Shown here: piece after piece, positions 1-8,825 of the stretch
Position numbering within the stretch: position 1 is the stretch's first letter
How the letters are laid out: the number at the start of each line of letters is the position of its first letter
Source of the DNA: a virus
Lineage: Duplodnaviria > Caudoviricetes
IMG/VR virus record: IMGVR_UViG_3300012349_000008
Coordinates: 1 to 45,733 of that record
Length of the DNA: 45,733 nucleotides
Direction: 5' to 3' (one strand)
Translations under genes and position numbers: made by a program
Notes under the pieces: generated by a model
Seen by the model: the letters and a program-made list of their open reading frames with translations, nothing else
What the model was told of the DNA's origin: nothing
Database searches by the model: none

Positions 1-56
1 GTACCACACACACACATAACACATATATCTATACACACACATATATCTATACATAC
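1..56. repeat. Low-complexity (CA)n / ACACATATATCTATAC repeat at window start
   Basis: CA run followed by two copies of acacatatatctatac; non-coding, downstream of the leftward genes. Confidence 0.7.
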
Positions 57-70
57 CTACTATAATTTTT

Positions 71-277
71 TTATTCTAGTAGCTTATACTTCCTATCTCT
101 AAACACAACAACCTGTGGAATACTTATACCATCTCTAGGAAGTAACTCTCCTTCTCTTAGATACTGCTCAGGTAACTTCTCATATCTCCATTCAACTACA
201 TTACAACTATGTTGCTGTCTAAAGTTCTCATACGCTTCTTCTAACACTTTATACCTTACCTTCCACTTACCTTTCAT
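71..277 (-). CDS. Hypothetical protein (MKGKWK paralog 1)
   Basis: 68 aa ORF, clearly similar to 283..489. Confidence 0.75.
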   Translation of the reverse strand: MKGKWKVRYKVLEEAYENFRQQHSCNVVEWRYEKLPEQYLREGELLPRDGISIPQVVVFRDRKYKLLE

Positions 278-504
278 AACTACTAATCCTCTATAACCTT
301 ATATCTCTTATTTCTGAAGAGAATAATCTCTACAGGCAATCTATTAGAGTTAGGAAAGGTTCCTTCTACTAAAGCTTTAATAGATAACTCTAATCTTCCA
401 TACTTTAATATAACACATCCATAGTTCTTTCTATACCTCTCATAACTTGCTTCTAACTTCTTACACTTACTCTTCCACTTACCTTTCATAACTACTAATC
501 CTCT
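260..504. repeat. 33-bp direct repeat (260-292 and 472-504) spanning the starts of the two paralogs
   Basis: cttccacttacctttcataactactaatcctct occurs twice. Confidence 0.9.
283..489 (-). CDS. Hypothetical protein (MKGKWK paralog 2)
   Basis: 68 aa; shares MKGKWK, LE-Y, L-EG-P and FR-YK with its neighbour. Confidence 0.75.
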   Translation of the reverse strand: MKGKWKSKCKKLEASYERYRKNYGCVILKYGRLELSIKALVEGTFPNSNRLPVEIILFRNKRYKVIED

Positions 505-745
505 TTAAATCTTTCCTATACCAGTACATACTACTTCTATAGTTCTTCATACTTACTAAGTACACCTTAGGTACATGTATTCCCTGTAACCTAGTAGACC
601 AGTCTATACAGGTCTGTAACTCTTGAGTACACTGTATTCCACTATAAGGATCTTCCCGCTCATCTAGAAATGCTATAAGGAATAATATAGAAAAGATACC
701 TATCCCATATCCTAATAGAAATACACACACTTCATCCATTGACAT
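479..745 (-). CDS. Hypothetical membrane-anchored protein
   Basis: N-terminal hydrophobic segment VCVFLLGYGIGIFSILFLIAFL. Confidence 0.6.
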   Translation of the reverse strand: MSMDEVCVFLLGYGIGIFSILFLIAFLDEREDPYSGIQCTQELQTCIDWSTRLQGIHVPKVYLVSMKNYRSSMYWYRKDLKRISSYER

Positions 746-767
746 CTCTACTTATATATGCTAAAGT
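739..767 (+). promoter_or_regulatory. Sigma70-like promoter antisense to the leftward operon
   Basis: TTGACA-17 bp-TAAAGT with extended TG. Confidence 0.45.
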
Positions 768-796
768 TAAGAAGTGCCATACAGGGTAGCCTCCTG

Positions 797-848
797 GGAA
801 GGAAAGATCTATATCTCTAATCTCTCCTGAGATATAGATCTTTCTTCC
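797..848. terminator. Long intergenic hairpin (terminator or processing site)
   Basis: 16-bp perfect stem gaaagatctatatctc/gagatatagatctttc, extendable by ggaa/ttcc. Confidence 0.6.
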
Positions 849-863
849 TTACCTTTAAAAATA

Positions 864-1010
864 CTACATAACCACTACAACCCTCTCTCCATTTGGATAA
901 GTATCTAGATCTACCCCTTCTACATCTTCATCTTCATTAGTTACAACTCTTATATCTCCTTCTAATCTACGTAACTCTTCTAACCTATTTATAAGTTGAG
1001 ATATCTTCAT
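864..1010 (-). CDS. Small hypothetical protein MKISQLINRLEELRRLEGDIRV (48 aa, not in ORF track)
   Basis: Hand translation; GAGGAG upstream; resembles 1017..1175 and 1847..2062. Confidence 0.7.
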   Translation of the reverse strand: MKISQLINRLEELRRLEGDIRVVTNEDEDVEGVDLDTYPNGERVVVVM

Positions 1011-1016
1011 TACACA

Positions 1017-1175
1017 CTACTCCTCTACTTGTTGAATCCATACAATCTTACTTCCTGTTTCAATACCTACAATAACCTCTATAGTAAAAAGCCTTTCTCC
1101 ATCTATAAATACTGGTATATTTCCTTCTTGCATTTCTAGATCTTCTAGTTTACTAATAAACTCTGATAGTAGCAT
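1017..1175 (-). CDS. Small hypothetical protein MLLSEFISKLEDLEMQEGNIPV
   Basis: Start moved to the ATG after AAGGA; same N-terminal family motif. Confidence 0.65.
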   Translation of the reverse strand: MLLSEFISKLEDLEMQEGNIPVFIDGERLFTIEVIVGIETGSKIVWIQQVEE

Positions 1176-1188
1176 TATATAATCCTTA

Positions 1189-1341
1189 TTACCTAGATTG
1201 AAACATCCTATACATAAGTACACTCACATTGATAAATAAATCCCACACATTTCTAGGATGTGTCTCTAATCCTACTCCTCTACATATGATTCTTAAATAC
1301 TCCTTCCTCTTATTTTTACTAACCTTATCCTGAAGTTCCAT
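1189..1341 (-). CDS. Small hypothetical protein (50 aa, not in ORF track)
   Basis: Hand translation MELQDKVSKNKRKEYLRIIC...; fills the gap in the operon. Confidence 0.5.
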   Translation of the reverse strand: MELQDKVSKNKRKEYLRIICRGVGLETHPRNVWDLFINVSVLMYRMFQSR

Positions 1342-1344
1342 ATC

Positions 1345-1671
1345 TTATACAACCTCACATACTAAACATAAAGTCTTCCCTTGCCTACTTTCCTCGACTA
1401 CAGGTTTATCAAATAACGTATTAACTCTTTTTGTAAAAAGCTTAGGCTGCTTCTGATGCTCATTTAACTCCTGAGCTATCTCTAAGTTATGCCTCTCACA
1501 TAACCTAATAACACTACATGTTACACCTGTATAGGTATACAACTTATAGTAATTTCTCTTACATGTTTCTAGTGTACTCATCTTTACATCCTCTATACCT
1601 TTAATGTAGTGTATTAAATCATTAAGGCTATAACCTTTTCCTTTAAATCTCTGGTACTCCTTTTTAACCAT
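1345..1671 (-). CDS. Hypothetical protein
   Basis: 108 aa ORF tightly packed in the operon. Confidence 0.65.
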   Translation of the reverse strand: MVKKEYQRFKGKGYSLNDLIHYIKGIEDVKMSTLETCKRNYYKLYTYTGVTCSVIRLCERHNLEIAQELNEHQKQPKLFTKRVNTLFDKPVVEESRQGKTLCLVCEVV

Positions 1672-1837
1672 TCCTTACTTCCTTCTTAAATCCATTAACT
1701 GTATACTTAGGTACAAATGTGGAAGAATGCTTATCTAACACATGCTCCTGTAGTTGATTTAAAGTGTAGCATATAAAACTACACGCATACCTATCACACT
1801 TAAATAAAGTATGTTTATACCTCGTATCTTCTGACAT
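1664..1837 (-). CDS. C2H2 zinc-finger mini-protein (57 aa, not in ORF track)
   Basis: FKC-x4-C-x12-H-x4-H (FKCDRYACSFICYTLNQLQEHVLDKH); GGGAG RBS. Confidence 0.7.
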   Translation of the reverse strand: MSEDTRYKHTLFKCDRYACSFICYTLNQLQEHVLDKHSSTFVPKYTVNGFKKEVRNG

Positions 1838-1846
1838 ATTCTCCCT

Positions 1847-2062
1847 TTACATAATAACGACACACTTCTCTTCTACAGCTTCTTCTAGTTGTTCCTCATT
1901 AACAACTACAGGATTCTCTATAGATAATATCTTTGCTAGAAGAATACTAGGAGTACCTAGTGTCCTATTTACTCTACCTGTATCATCTGCTCTATAGACT
2001 TTTAAATCTCCTTCACTATCTACTATACTCTCTAACACTTGAATAACACTAGAAATATTCAT
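1847..2062 (-). CDS. Small hypothetical protein MNISSVIQVLESIVDSEGDLKV
   Basis: 71 aa; same N-terminal family motif. Confidence 0.65.
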   Translation of the reverse strand: MNISSVIQVLESIVDSEGDLKVYRADDTGRVNRTLGTPSILLAKILSIENPVVVNEEQLEEAVEEKCVVIM

Positions 2063-2064
2063 AC

Positions 2065-2301
2065 TTAATACCTCTGTAATCTATTCTCCCATGCTTTTAG
2101 AATATCTAGAAGTACATACCTTAGGGTAAATACACTTCTACCTACACTCCAGTCTAAAATAGAATTAAGTTGATCCTTTAACACCAAATCAGGATAACTA
2201 CTATTACCCGGATCTTGACTTGATACAGTATCTTGAGCTTTTATCGTACTACTTTGAGGTGGATCAAAAGTAGCTGTAGTAAGTGTCTTTTGTAAGTCCA
2301 T
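2065..2301 (-). CDS. Hypothetical protein
   Basis: 78 aa ORF in the operon. Confidence 0.55.
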   Translation of the reverse strand: MDLQKTLTTATFDPPQSSTIKAQDTVSSQDPGNSSYPDLVLKDQLNSILDWSVGRSVFTLRYVLLDILKAWENRLQRY

Positions 2302-2302
2302 A

Positions 2303-2716
2303 CTAAAACTCTTCCCTTTCTCTTATCTCTGTAAATATTCTTCTTCTTCTCATATCTAACCCTACACTACTACTCTTATCTTGATCATACATAAACTTCA
2401 GTATACATATTCTATCATTCTTAGGTATTCTCTTTAATATCTCTTGTACTTGTATCTTAGTATCAAAATCATATTCATATACAATTCTATCTATATTATT
2501 TTCTACTGTATCATTATCCCTCTCTTTTATAGGAAAGAGACTCTTAACAGCGTCAAAGTATATAAACCTAAAAGAATTATGGTTCTTTGAAGTTCCATCT
2601 AGAGCTTTTAACAACATATAAGAATGTAGATCCTCTATCTCTGGAGGAGACCAATTTCTACGGTGTAGAAACCTATAAATCCTTTTAGATAACTTTAAAA
2701 TCTCTTCACTTTCCAT
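2303..2716 (-). CDS. ECF sigma-factor-like protein
   Basis: Region-2-like EIEDLHSYMLLKAL and region-4-like ILKRIPKNDRICILKFMY...RRRRI. Confidence 0.45.
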   Translation of the reverse strand: MESEEILKLSKRIYRFLHRRNWSPPEIEDLHSYMLLKALDGTSKNHNSFRFIYFDAVKSLFPIKERDNDTVENNIDRIVYEYDFDTKIQVQEILKRIPKNDRICILKFMYDQDKSSSVGLDMRRRRIFTEIREREEF

Positions 2717-3020
2717 TATCTAACACATCCTGTAGAAACACTAAAAACTTTCTAGTATTTCCATGAAACACATACTTATTAAGATAAACATAAACATGAG
2801 AGTCTATTCTAATACTCTCCTGAGTTAATATATCCTTAGCAATAGCAACCCATAACTCTTTAAGAATATACTTCTGGATAATTAAAGTTAACTTCCTTTT
2901 TATATACACCTTCTCCTTATCCTTTAAAGTTATCCAATATCCATAAAGATGAGACCAGAATATCAACCTCTCAAACTCATATAAAACCTTCTTCATTCCT
3001 AATACTGGATACTTTTGCAT
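2706..3020 (-). CDS. Hypothetical protein
   Basis: 104 aa ORF overlapping the next gene. Confidence 0.6.
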   Translation of the reverse strand: MQKYPVLGMKKVLYEFERLIFWSHLYGYWITLKDKEKVYIKRKLTLIIQKYILKELWVAIAKDILTQESIRIDSHVYVYLNKYVFHGNTRKFLVFLQDVLDNGK

Positions 3021-3025
3021 TTCTA

Positions 3026-3484
3026 TTACTCAGGAAGTTTAAATCTATTATGCTTTACTATATGTACAGTCCTTCCATCTACTTTCCATTTATCTTCTTC
3101 TACTCCTATTTCTTTAGAAAACTTATTTAACGTAATATCTCCTAGCATTCTGTATAAAGTATCCTCTAAAGGCTTTTCCACCTCTCTATACTTCTTTAGT
3201 CTCTCATATTTCTCAATAGACCACTCAGAATACTCTCCTTCTCTCATAAAATCTGTACAGTCACATGTAAGTACTTGACATAAAATTCCATTACAGTCTG
3301 TATCGCTATGTAATACTTCTCTATGATTACAGTTCAAACACACATCAGAAGCTTCTAATAACTCTAACTCTTCTTTAGTTATTTCCCTTATACTCATACT
3401 TTCCTCTTCTATTTCCTGTTCTACGTAAGTAATTTCTATCCTTAGCCTTCTTATAAGACTCTGATCTATTGTCTGAAATAGCAT
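3026..3484 (-). CDS. Hypothetical protein with Cys/His metal-binding cluster
   Basis: CLNCNH...H...C...C..CDC pattern; true start may be internal. Confidence 0.6.
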   Translation of the reverse strand: MLFQTIDQSLIRRLRIEITYVEQEIEEESMSIREITKEELELLEASDVCLNCNHREVLHSDTDCNGILCQVLTCDCTDFMREGEYSEWSIEKYERLKKYREVEKPLEDTLYRMLGDITLNKFSKEIGVEEDKWKVDGRTVHIVKHNRFKLPE

Positions 3485-3562
3485 ATTTCTCTAAAATAGT
3501 ATCTAGCAGATCATTTAGAAATACATCTCTACTTACTACTACAAAATTCTTTATAACATCCA

Positions 3563-3591
3563 TTGACTTCCTTCTTTTTTATAAGTATAAT
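3563..3591 (+). promoter_or_regulatory. Sigma70 promoter for the packaging/structural operon
   Basis: TTGACT-17 bp-TATAAT. Confidence 0.7.
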
Positions 3592-3617
3592 CTCTTATCA
3601 AGAACAAACTAAGAGAG

Positions 3618-3646
3618 AGTATAAACCAAAATTAAGAAAAATACAA
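3618..3646 (-). promoter_or_regulatory. Sigma70 promoter for the leftward operon
   Basis: TTGTAT-17 bp-TATACT on the minus strand. Confidence 0.55.
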
Positions 3647-3724
3647 GAAAATAATAAATAAATCATAATACTTATAGTCTAGAAGTAAGTATTTTATAAG
3701 TCTCTACTCATTATAGAGGAAAAT

Positions 3725-4009
3725 ATGGACCTGAGTCAACTTTCTTATTCTCTTTTAGAAGAAGCTATTACTAAAGGAACTATTACGGTAGAAAATAGAG
3801 TTATAAATCTTACAGGTACTCAAATAATCTCTGTTCTTAAGTATATCTTAGATAAAAATATAGAAACTAAAAGAGAAGAAGAAATAAATATTCCTACAGA
3901 GATGTTTTCTTCCCCTTATAAGATAGAAGAAGAGTATGAAATAGACCCTATAAGTATTACTAATAGAATACTTGATAAGTATGGTAATTTAAAAGAAGGT
4001 AAAGAATAA
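3725..4009 (+). CDS. Putative small terminase subunit
   Basis: First gene of the operon upstream of TerL; GAGGA RBS; call is positional only. Confidence 0.35.
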   Translation: MDLSQLSYSLLEEAITKGTITVENRVINLTGTQIISVLKYILDKNIETKREEEINIPTEMFSSPYKIEEEYEIDPISITNRILDKYGNLKEGKE

Positions 4010-4012
4010 AAG

Positions 4013-4213
4013 ATGATAAGACTTCTTATAGACCTCACAGATTCAGGATTTAATGCTGATAGTTATAAAGTAGATGTTACCATAGAACTAGAAGGAAGAG
4101 CGTACTCTAAAGTTACATACATTCCTAAGACTATTTTTGTCTCTCAATTTGATGTTATATGGGATATAGCAGGACGTACTCTTTTAGATACAGTTAAAAG
4201 GAGTGTAGAGTAA
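4013..4213 (+). CDS. Hypothetical protein
   Basis: 66 aa ORF in the operon. Confidence 0.6.
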   Translation: MIRLLIDLTDSGFNADSYKVDVTIELEGRAYSKVTYIPKTIFVSQFDVIWDIAGRTLLDTVKRSVE

Positions 4214-4435
4214 ATGACTGTATATTTCAATAAATTCAAAGGTATAGACAGAAATTTTATAACAGTAGGTATTAAGAATCCAGATATAGCTCTAGTTCAT
4301 ATTCTTACAGAAGAAGATTTCTTAAAAATGGTAGACCAAGTTAAAAATAACCCTGCTGCATTTGTTATTCCTTTAGAACTACATACATACTGTGACCATG
4401 ATAAAGGTTATTGTGCCAAGAATCGAGATGAATAA
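4214..4435 (+). CDS. Hypothetical protein
   Basis: 73 aa, coupled to TerL (TAATG). Confidence 0.6.
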   Translation: MTVYFNKFKGIDRNFITVGIKNPDIALVHILTEEDFLKMVDQVKNNPAAFVIPLELHTYCDHDKGYCAKNRDE

Positions 4436-6138
4436 TGTGGTCTTTACATAACCTCTTTCCTATATGTATAAAACCTACATGTCCATTATTTAACTCACGC
4501 CATATGCTCCCACATCAAGAAGAAATAGCTACTCAAATACTTACAGGAGATGAGAATTACATATACTGGCAAGGAGGTGTAGGAAGTGCTAAAACTATGC
4601 TCTATGCAGCACTAGCAGTAGCTTTAGCAATATCTATTCCAGAAAGTGAAGGTATTTTATTTAGAAAAGACCTAACAGATAATAATAAAACACTCTGGAA
4701 GTACTTTAAGAACTCCATCAAAGCTGCATGTGAACAAAATATAATTAAAGGTAACTTTGATAAACTCTTTAGATTCAAACACCAAGGAGACTATAACGAA
4801 TGCCACTTACCTAATGGATCTATCGTATACAGAGGTCAAACTAAATCCTGGACTGCATATATGGGACCTACATATGACTTTATAGTAGTCTCTGATGCAA
4901 TGGAAAATAATAACTTTGGTGAAATCTTCCGTGGAGAAGGAGTAGTAGGTGGACTACAAAGTAGATTACGAGGGCAGCATGCTTCGTTCTTTAAACTACC
5001 TAACGGACAGTACAAAGATATGCGTAGATTCCTTATTGAAACTAACCCTCCTCCTAATATCAATGAATTACACACCTTATTCGGGAGAGAACCAGGAATA
5101 CGAAATCTTACAACAACTACTGACACATATACAGGAAAGTATATCACATATAGACACATTCAAACAACATCTGTGCAAAATGATCATAACCCATCCTCCT
5201 ATGTATTAGAAATTGCCTCTACACATTCCAACCCAGATGACATACGTAGAATTCTAGAAGGTAAGACTGTTCCTTATTACGGTGGTATACGTGTAATAGA
5301 AACCTTCCATCCAGAAGTACATGTAGCTTCCTTTGAGACTGATATTGAACTCCCTCTATTTGTAGGTATAGATCCTGGATTTCAACATCCTGGTGTTACG
5401 TTTAGTCAAATTAAAAAGTGTGCATATAATAAAGATCACTACATAACTCTTTCAGAGATTACTAATCTGTACGATAAAACTACTTACGAACTAGCAGATT
5501 ATAGAAACTCTGATCAACTAGGAATCCTTCAACACCTACAGGACTTCTATCCTACATACTTTGATCTTGAAAGATATACACAAGTAAAGGAAATGTTAAT
5601 AGAAAGATCAGGAGATCCTACAGATATAGATTTCTCTATATTAGAAAATCACTTTACCAACATATACTTCTGTATAGATAAATCAGGAAATAACACAAGT
5701 AGAACTAATAAGGACTCAAAGAGTGATAGAAGTATCCTTCTTACAGAATACGGAATTAACACTAAGTTTAAAACAAACATAGGTCTTGAACAATCTTTAA
5801 ATAGAGTACGTAAACTTCATAAAGAACTCTGTATATGTAACCTCCCTGCTAGAATGATAGATAAGAACTGTTACATGCTTATAGATGCATATAGTGGAGG
5901 GTATAGATATCCTAAGAAGAAAGATGGAACTCATGGGGATAAACCTGTAGAAGATCATAATTATGAAGATATATGTGATGGAGATAGATACTCTCTAGAA
6001 AACTTCTTATGGTCTACATCCTATCTAGAGGATATAAAAATAGAAACTAAAAAGAAAACTCTGTATGAAGAACTATACGGAAGTAGTGGAAATCCTAAGT
6101 ATCCTTGGTCTTGGATGGGAGATATCTCACGTGGATAG
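4435..6138 (+). CDS. terL: Terminase large subunit
   Basis: PHQ Q-motif, Walker A GGVGSAKT, coupling motif ETNP, nuclease GIDPG and C-terminal D-x-x-D-G-D-R-Y. Confidence 0.93.
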   Translation: MWSLHNLFPICIKPTCPLFNSRHMLPHQEEIATQILTGDENYIYWQGGVGSAKTMLYAALAVALAISIPESEGILFRKDLTDNNKTLWKYFKNSIKAACEQNIIKGNFDKLFRFKHQGDYNECHLPNGSIVYRGQTKSWTAYMGPTYDFIVVSDAMENNNFGEIFRGEGVVGGLQSRLRGQHASFFKLPNGQYKDMRRFLIETNPPPNINELHTLFGREPGIRNLTTTTDTYTGKYITYRHIQTTSVQNDHNPSSYVLEIASTHSNPDDIRRILEGKTVPYYGGIRVIETFHPEVHVASFETDIELPLFVGIDPGFQHPGVTFSQIKKCAYNKDHYITLSEITNLYDKTTYELADYRNSDQLGILQHLQDFYPTYFDLERYTQVKEMLIERSGDPTDIDFSILENHFTNIYFCIDKSGNNTSRTNKDSKSDRSILLTEYGINTKFKTNIGLEQSLNRVRKLHKELCICNLPARMIDKNCYMLIDAYSGGYRYPKKKDGTHGDKPVEDHNYEDICDGDRYSLENFLWSTSYLEDIKIETKKKTLYEELYGSSGNPKYPWSWMGDISRG

Positions 6139-6289
6139 TATTGACATTAGTAGATATAAAGAGTATGATTACATACTAACCTGTGTAGACTGTCTTCCTA
6201 TTGCACAGGAAATGTATAAAGACGCTCCTGATGATTATATAACGGTCGTAAAAGATATAAATCGGTGTGAAATAAATGCCCATAAGTAA
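6131..6289 (+). CDS. Small hypothetical protein
   Basis: GTG start after GGAG; CxxC. Confidence 0.45.
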   Translation: MDSIDISRYKEYDYILTCVDCLPIAQEMYKDAPDDYITVVKDINRCEINAHK

Positions 6290-8129
6290 AGACGATGAGA
6301 AGTGGGTGTTAGACATCCTTTTAGGACCACTAGAAGGAGTACGTAATAGACGTAAGTTTATAGAAAATGAATGGTTAGGAAATTACAGAGCCTGGAGAGG
6401 TTGGCCTACCTATAACTACATGTTACCTCTATCAGATGGAGCTATTCATTACTTCATTCCTCACGCCCGTAGGACTATAGAGCGTGGTAACTCTAGAATT
6501 AAAAAACTCTTACTCCCTAGAAGTAAGTTCTTTCAAACCTTCCCAAGAGATATGTACAGCCATGAAAATGCTCAATATGTAGACTCATACTTAGACTTTA
6601 TATATTCAGAAAAGATAGAAAAGAATAGACTTATAGGCTCTTTAATAAGATCCTTACAACTCTATAACTTCTCTGTATTAGGAACTTCTATAAAAGTAAC
6701 AAATGATGAAGTATGGCCTTATCAACAAGATATAGATCCTTTTTCCTTTTATATATTCCCTGATACTGCAGGAACAAGAGATGAAGCTCAAATTATCTTC
6801 CAAGATATAATTATCCCTTATCAAGTTTACTACAGCTTTGTAGATAGAGATGATCCTGAACATTCTCTGTACGACTACATTTCTAGTGATAAACTCCACA
6901 CTCCTATATGGCCTTACCATTTAATAGAACGTCTAGCATATGCTGGATTAAGTAGTCCATCAGACTTTATGCATGGTACTGGTAACTATAAACGTAAAAC
7001 AGAATAAGATTTAAAAAAGGAGAGTAAAGAATTTATAGACTCCTTTACTAAACGTAGTAATGCTTTCTTTCAAGGTAGTAAGGTATATTTTAGATTAGGA
7101 GGAAAGTGGTTCTATACTGTAATATGTTACAATACTCAAGAACCATGTCTTGTAAGATTAGATGAAGAGGAGAATACTCCTTTATATCGCTGGGCTAATG
7201 AAAGACCTCTACCTGGAGAACTTTATACAAGTTCCTCTCAAATGGATGATATACGAACTCTACAAACTCTAGCTAATAATGCTTTAAGTCAAGTAGAAAG
7301 TAACAGAAGTGTAGTAGCTGAACCTCCTATAGCTAGAGATAGAAATCAAGCTACACGTACAGAGCAATATGTATATGGACCTAGAAGGATATGGGATGTA
7401 GAGGGAGATCCTAACAATATATTTAAAACTATACAGATTCAAGATACTGGACCTGAGGGAATAAGAGCATTTCAAATATATTTAGGCTTAATGGATAGAG
7501 GAAATGGAGGAACTATAGCAGAAGGTCAGCCTGGTAGAAATATGCCTAGAGCTGGATTTGCAGTGAATAACTTAGTTAACTTATCCCTAGCAGATACAGA
7601 AGATAGTGCTACATGTATAGAAGAATCTCTACTAACTCCTGGTATAGGAGATATCTACCATGTAACTCTAGAATATATTCCTACTTCTCAACTCATAAAG
7701 ATACCAGGAAAAGCTGGCAATCTTCCTAAAGTATTTAATAAACTAGACCTACGTGGTAACTACACCTTTAAATGGCAGTGTTCTCTAGAATTTAGAGATA
7801 CTCAACAAGTAGCTGACTCTTTAACGAAGTTACTAGAAATCTTAACTAATCCAGAAACTATTCAACTCTTACAAAGTCAAGGTAAACAAGTTAACTTTGC
7901 TTCTTTAATACAAACTCTCTTTATCTACTCAGTAGGAGAAGAAGGGTTAGATGATATAATTATAGATGCTCCACCTATGCAACCTATGCAGCCAGGTATG
8001 CAACAAGGTGGAATGCAAGGAGGTATGCAACCTCAACTCCAGGGTGGCGGACAAGGTAGTATACCTCCTCAGATACAACAAGCTTTACAATCTCTACAAG
8101 GTGGAGGGAATAAAGGAAATGTCCAGTAA
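6276..8129 (+). CDS. Portal protein with one in-frame TAA at 7005-7007
   Basis: ORFs 6276..7007 and 7242..8129 are in the same frame and 7008-7241 is open; position after TerL; IDPFSFYIFP motif; Q/G/M-rich tail; ~617 codons in total. Confidence 0.82.
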
Positions 8130-8292
8130 TATGTCTAATGGAAAAGAAGCTATGAAAGCTAATAAAATACGTAAGTCTGCTACTTCTCATTCAGGAAGGA
8201 ATAAGCAGAAAAAAGGAAGTATGGATAATAGTAGGAGTAAGACAAAGAATGTAAAGTTCCAGAAGAGTAATATGAGTGATACAGAGTTTTAA
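8119..8292 (+). CDS. Small basic hypothetical protein (MSSNMSNGKEAMKANK...)
   Basis: AAGGA RBS; K/S/N-rich; 3' part of track ORF 7966..8292. Confidence 0.55.
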   Translation: MSSNMSNGKEAMKANKIRKSATSHSGRNKQKKGSMDNSRSKTKNVKFQKSNMSDTEF

Positions 8293-8317
8293 TCTTTAAA
8301 GATAAGGAGATATAAAA

Positions 8318-8824
8318 ATGGGTATGCAACAGGAATCCTATGATGCTATAGCCCGTCCAGGTACTAATACAGGTTTAGGAACTGTATTCTGGCAGGCTCT
8401 ACAAGCTGGAGTTAAAGCTGTATCTCCTACGAAATACATGCAGGACGCTAATATCCTCCATGATAAAGATCAACTCTTCCTTCCATGTAATACCGCTCCA
8501 GCAGCAGGTGCATATCCACTCTTTACAGTAATAGAAGGTATCTGGCAAGTAGATGCTGCACTTATCTACCAAGTAGCAGCAGGAACATCTATTACCTTTG
8601 ATCTACTGTGGGCTGCTTCTGGAACTGCAATTGGAAGCGGTACTACACAACTTACTGGTACAATAGGTGGATCTACTGCTGGTAACAACTCTAAGTATGT
8701 CCTTGGAACTTTAATAGCTACTCCTACACAAGCTGGACCAGGACAGATTCTAGGAGTAAACGTAGGTGGTACAGTTACCTCCTTTATTGGAAATGTACAA
8801 GTTCATGTAAAGAGGATTGCATAG
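8318..8824 (+). CDS. Putative virion (capsid decoration-like) protein
   Basis: G/A/T-rich beta-type sequence in the head module; AAGGAG RBS. Confidence 0.5.
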   Translation: MGMQQESYDAIARPGTNTGLGTVFWQALQAGVKAVSPTKYMQDANILHDKDQLFLPCNTAPAAGAYPLFTVIEGIWQVDAALIYQVAAGTSITFDLLWAASGTAIGSGTTQLTGTIGGSTAGNNSKYVLGTLIATPTQAGPGQILGVNVGGTVTSFIGNVQVHVKRIA

Positions 8825-8825
8825 T

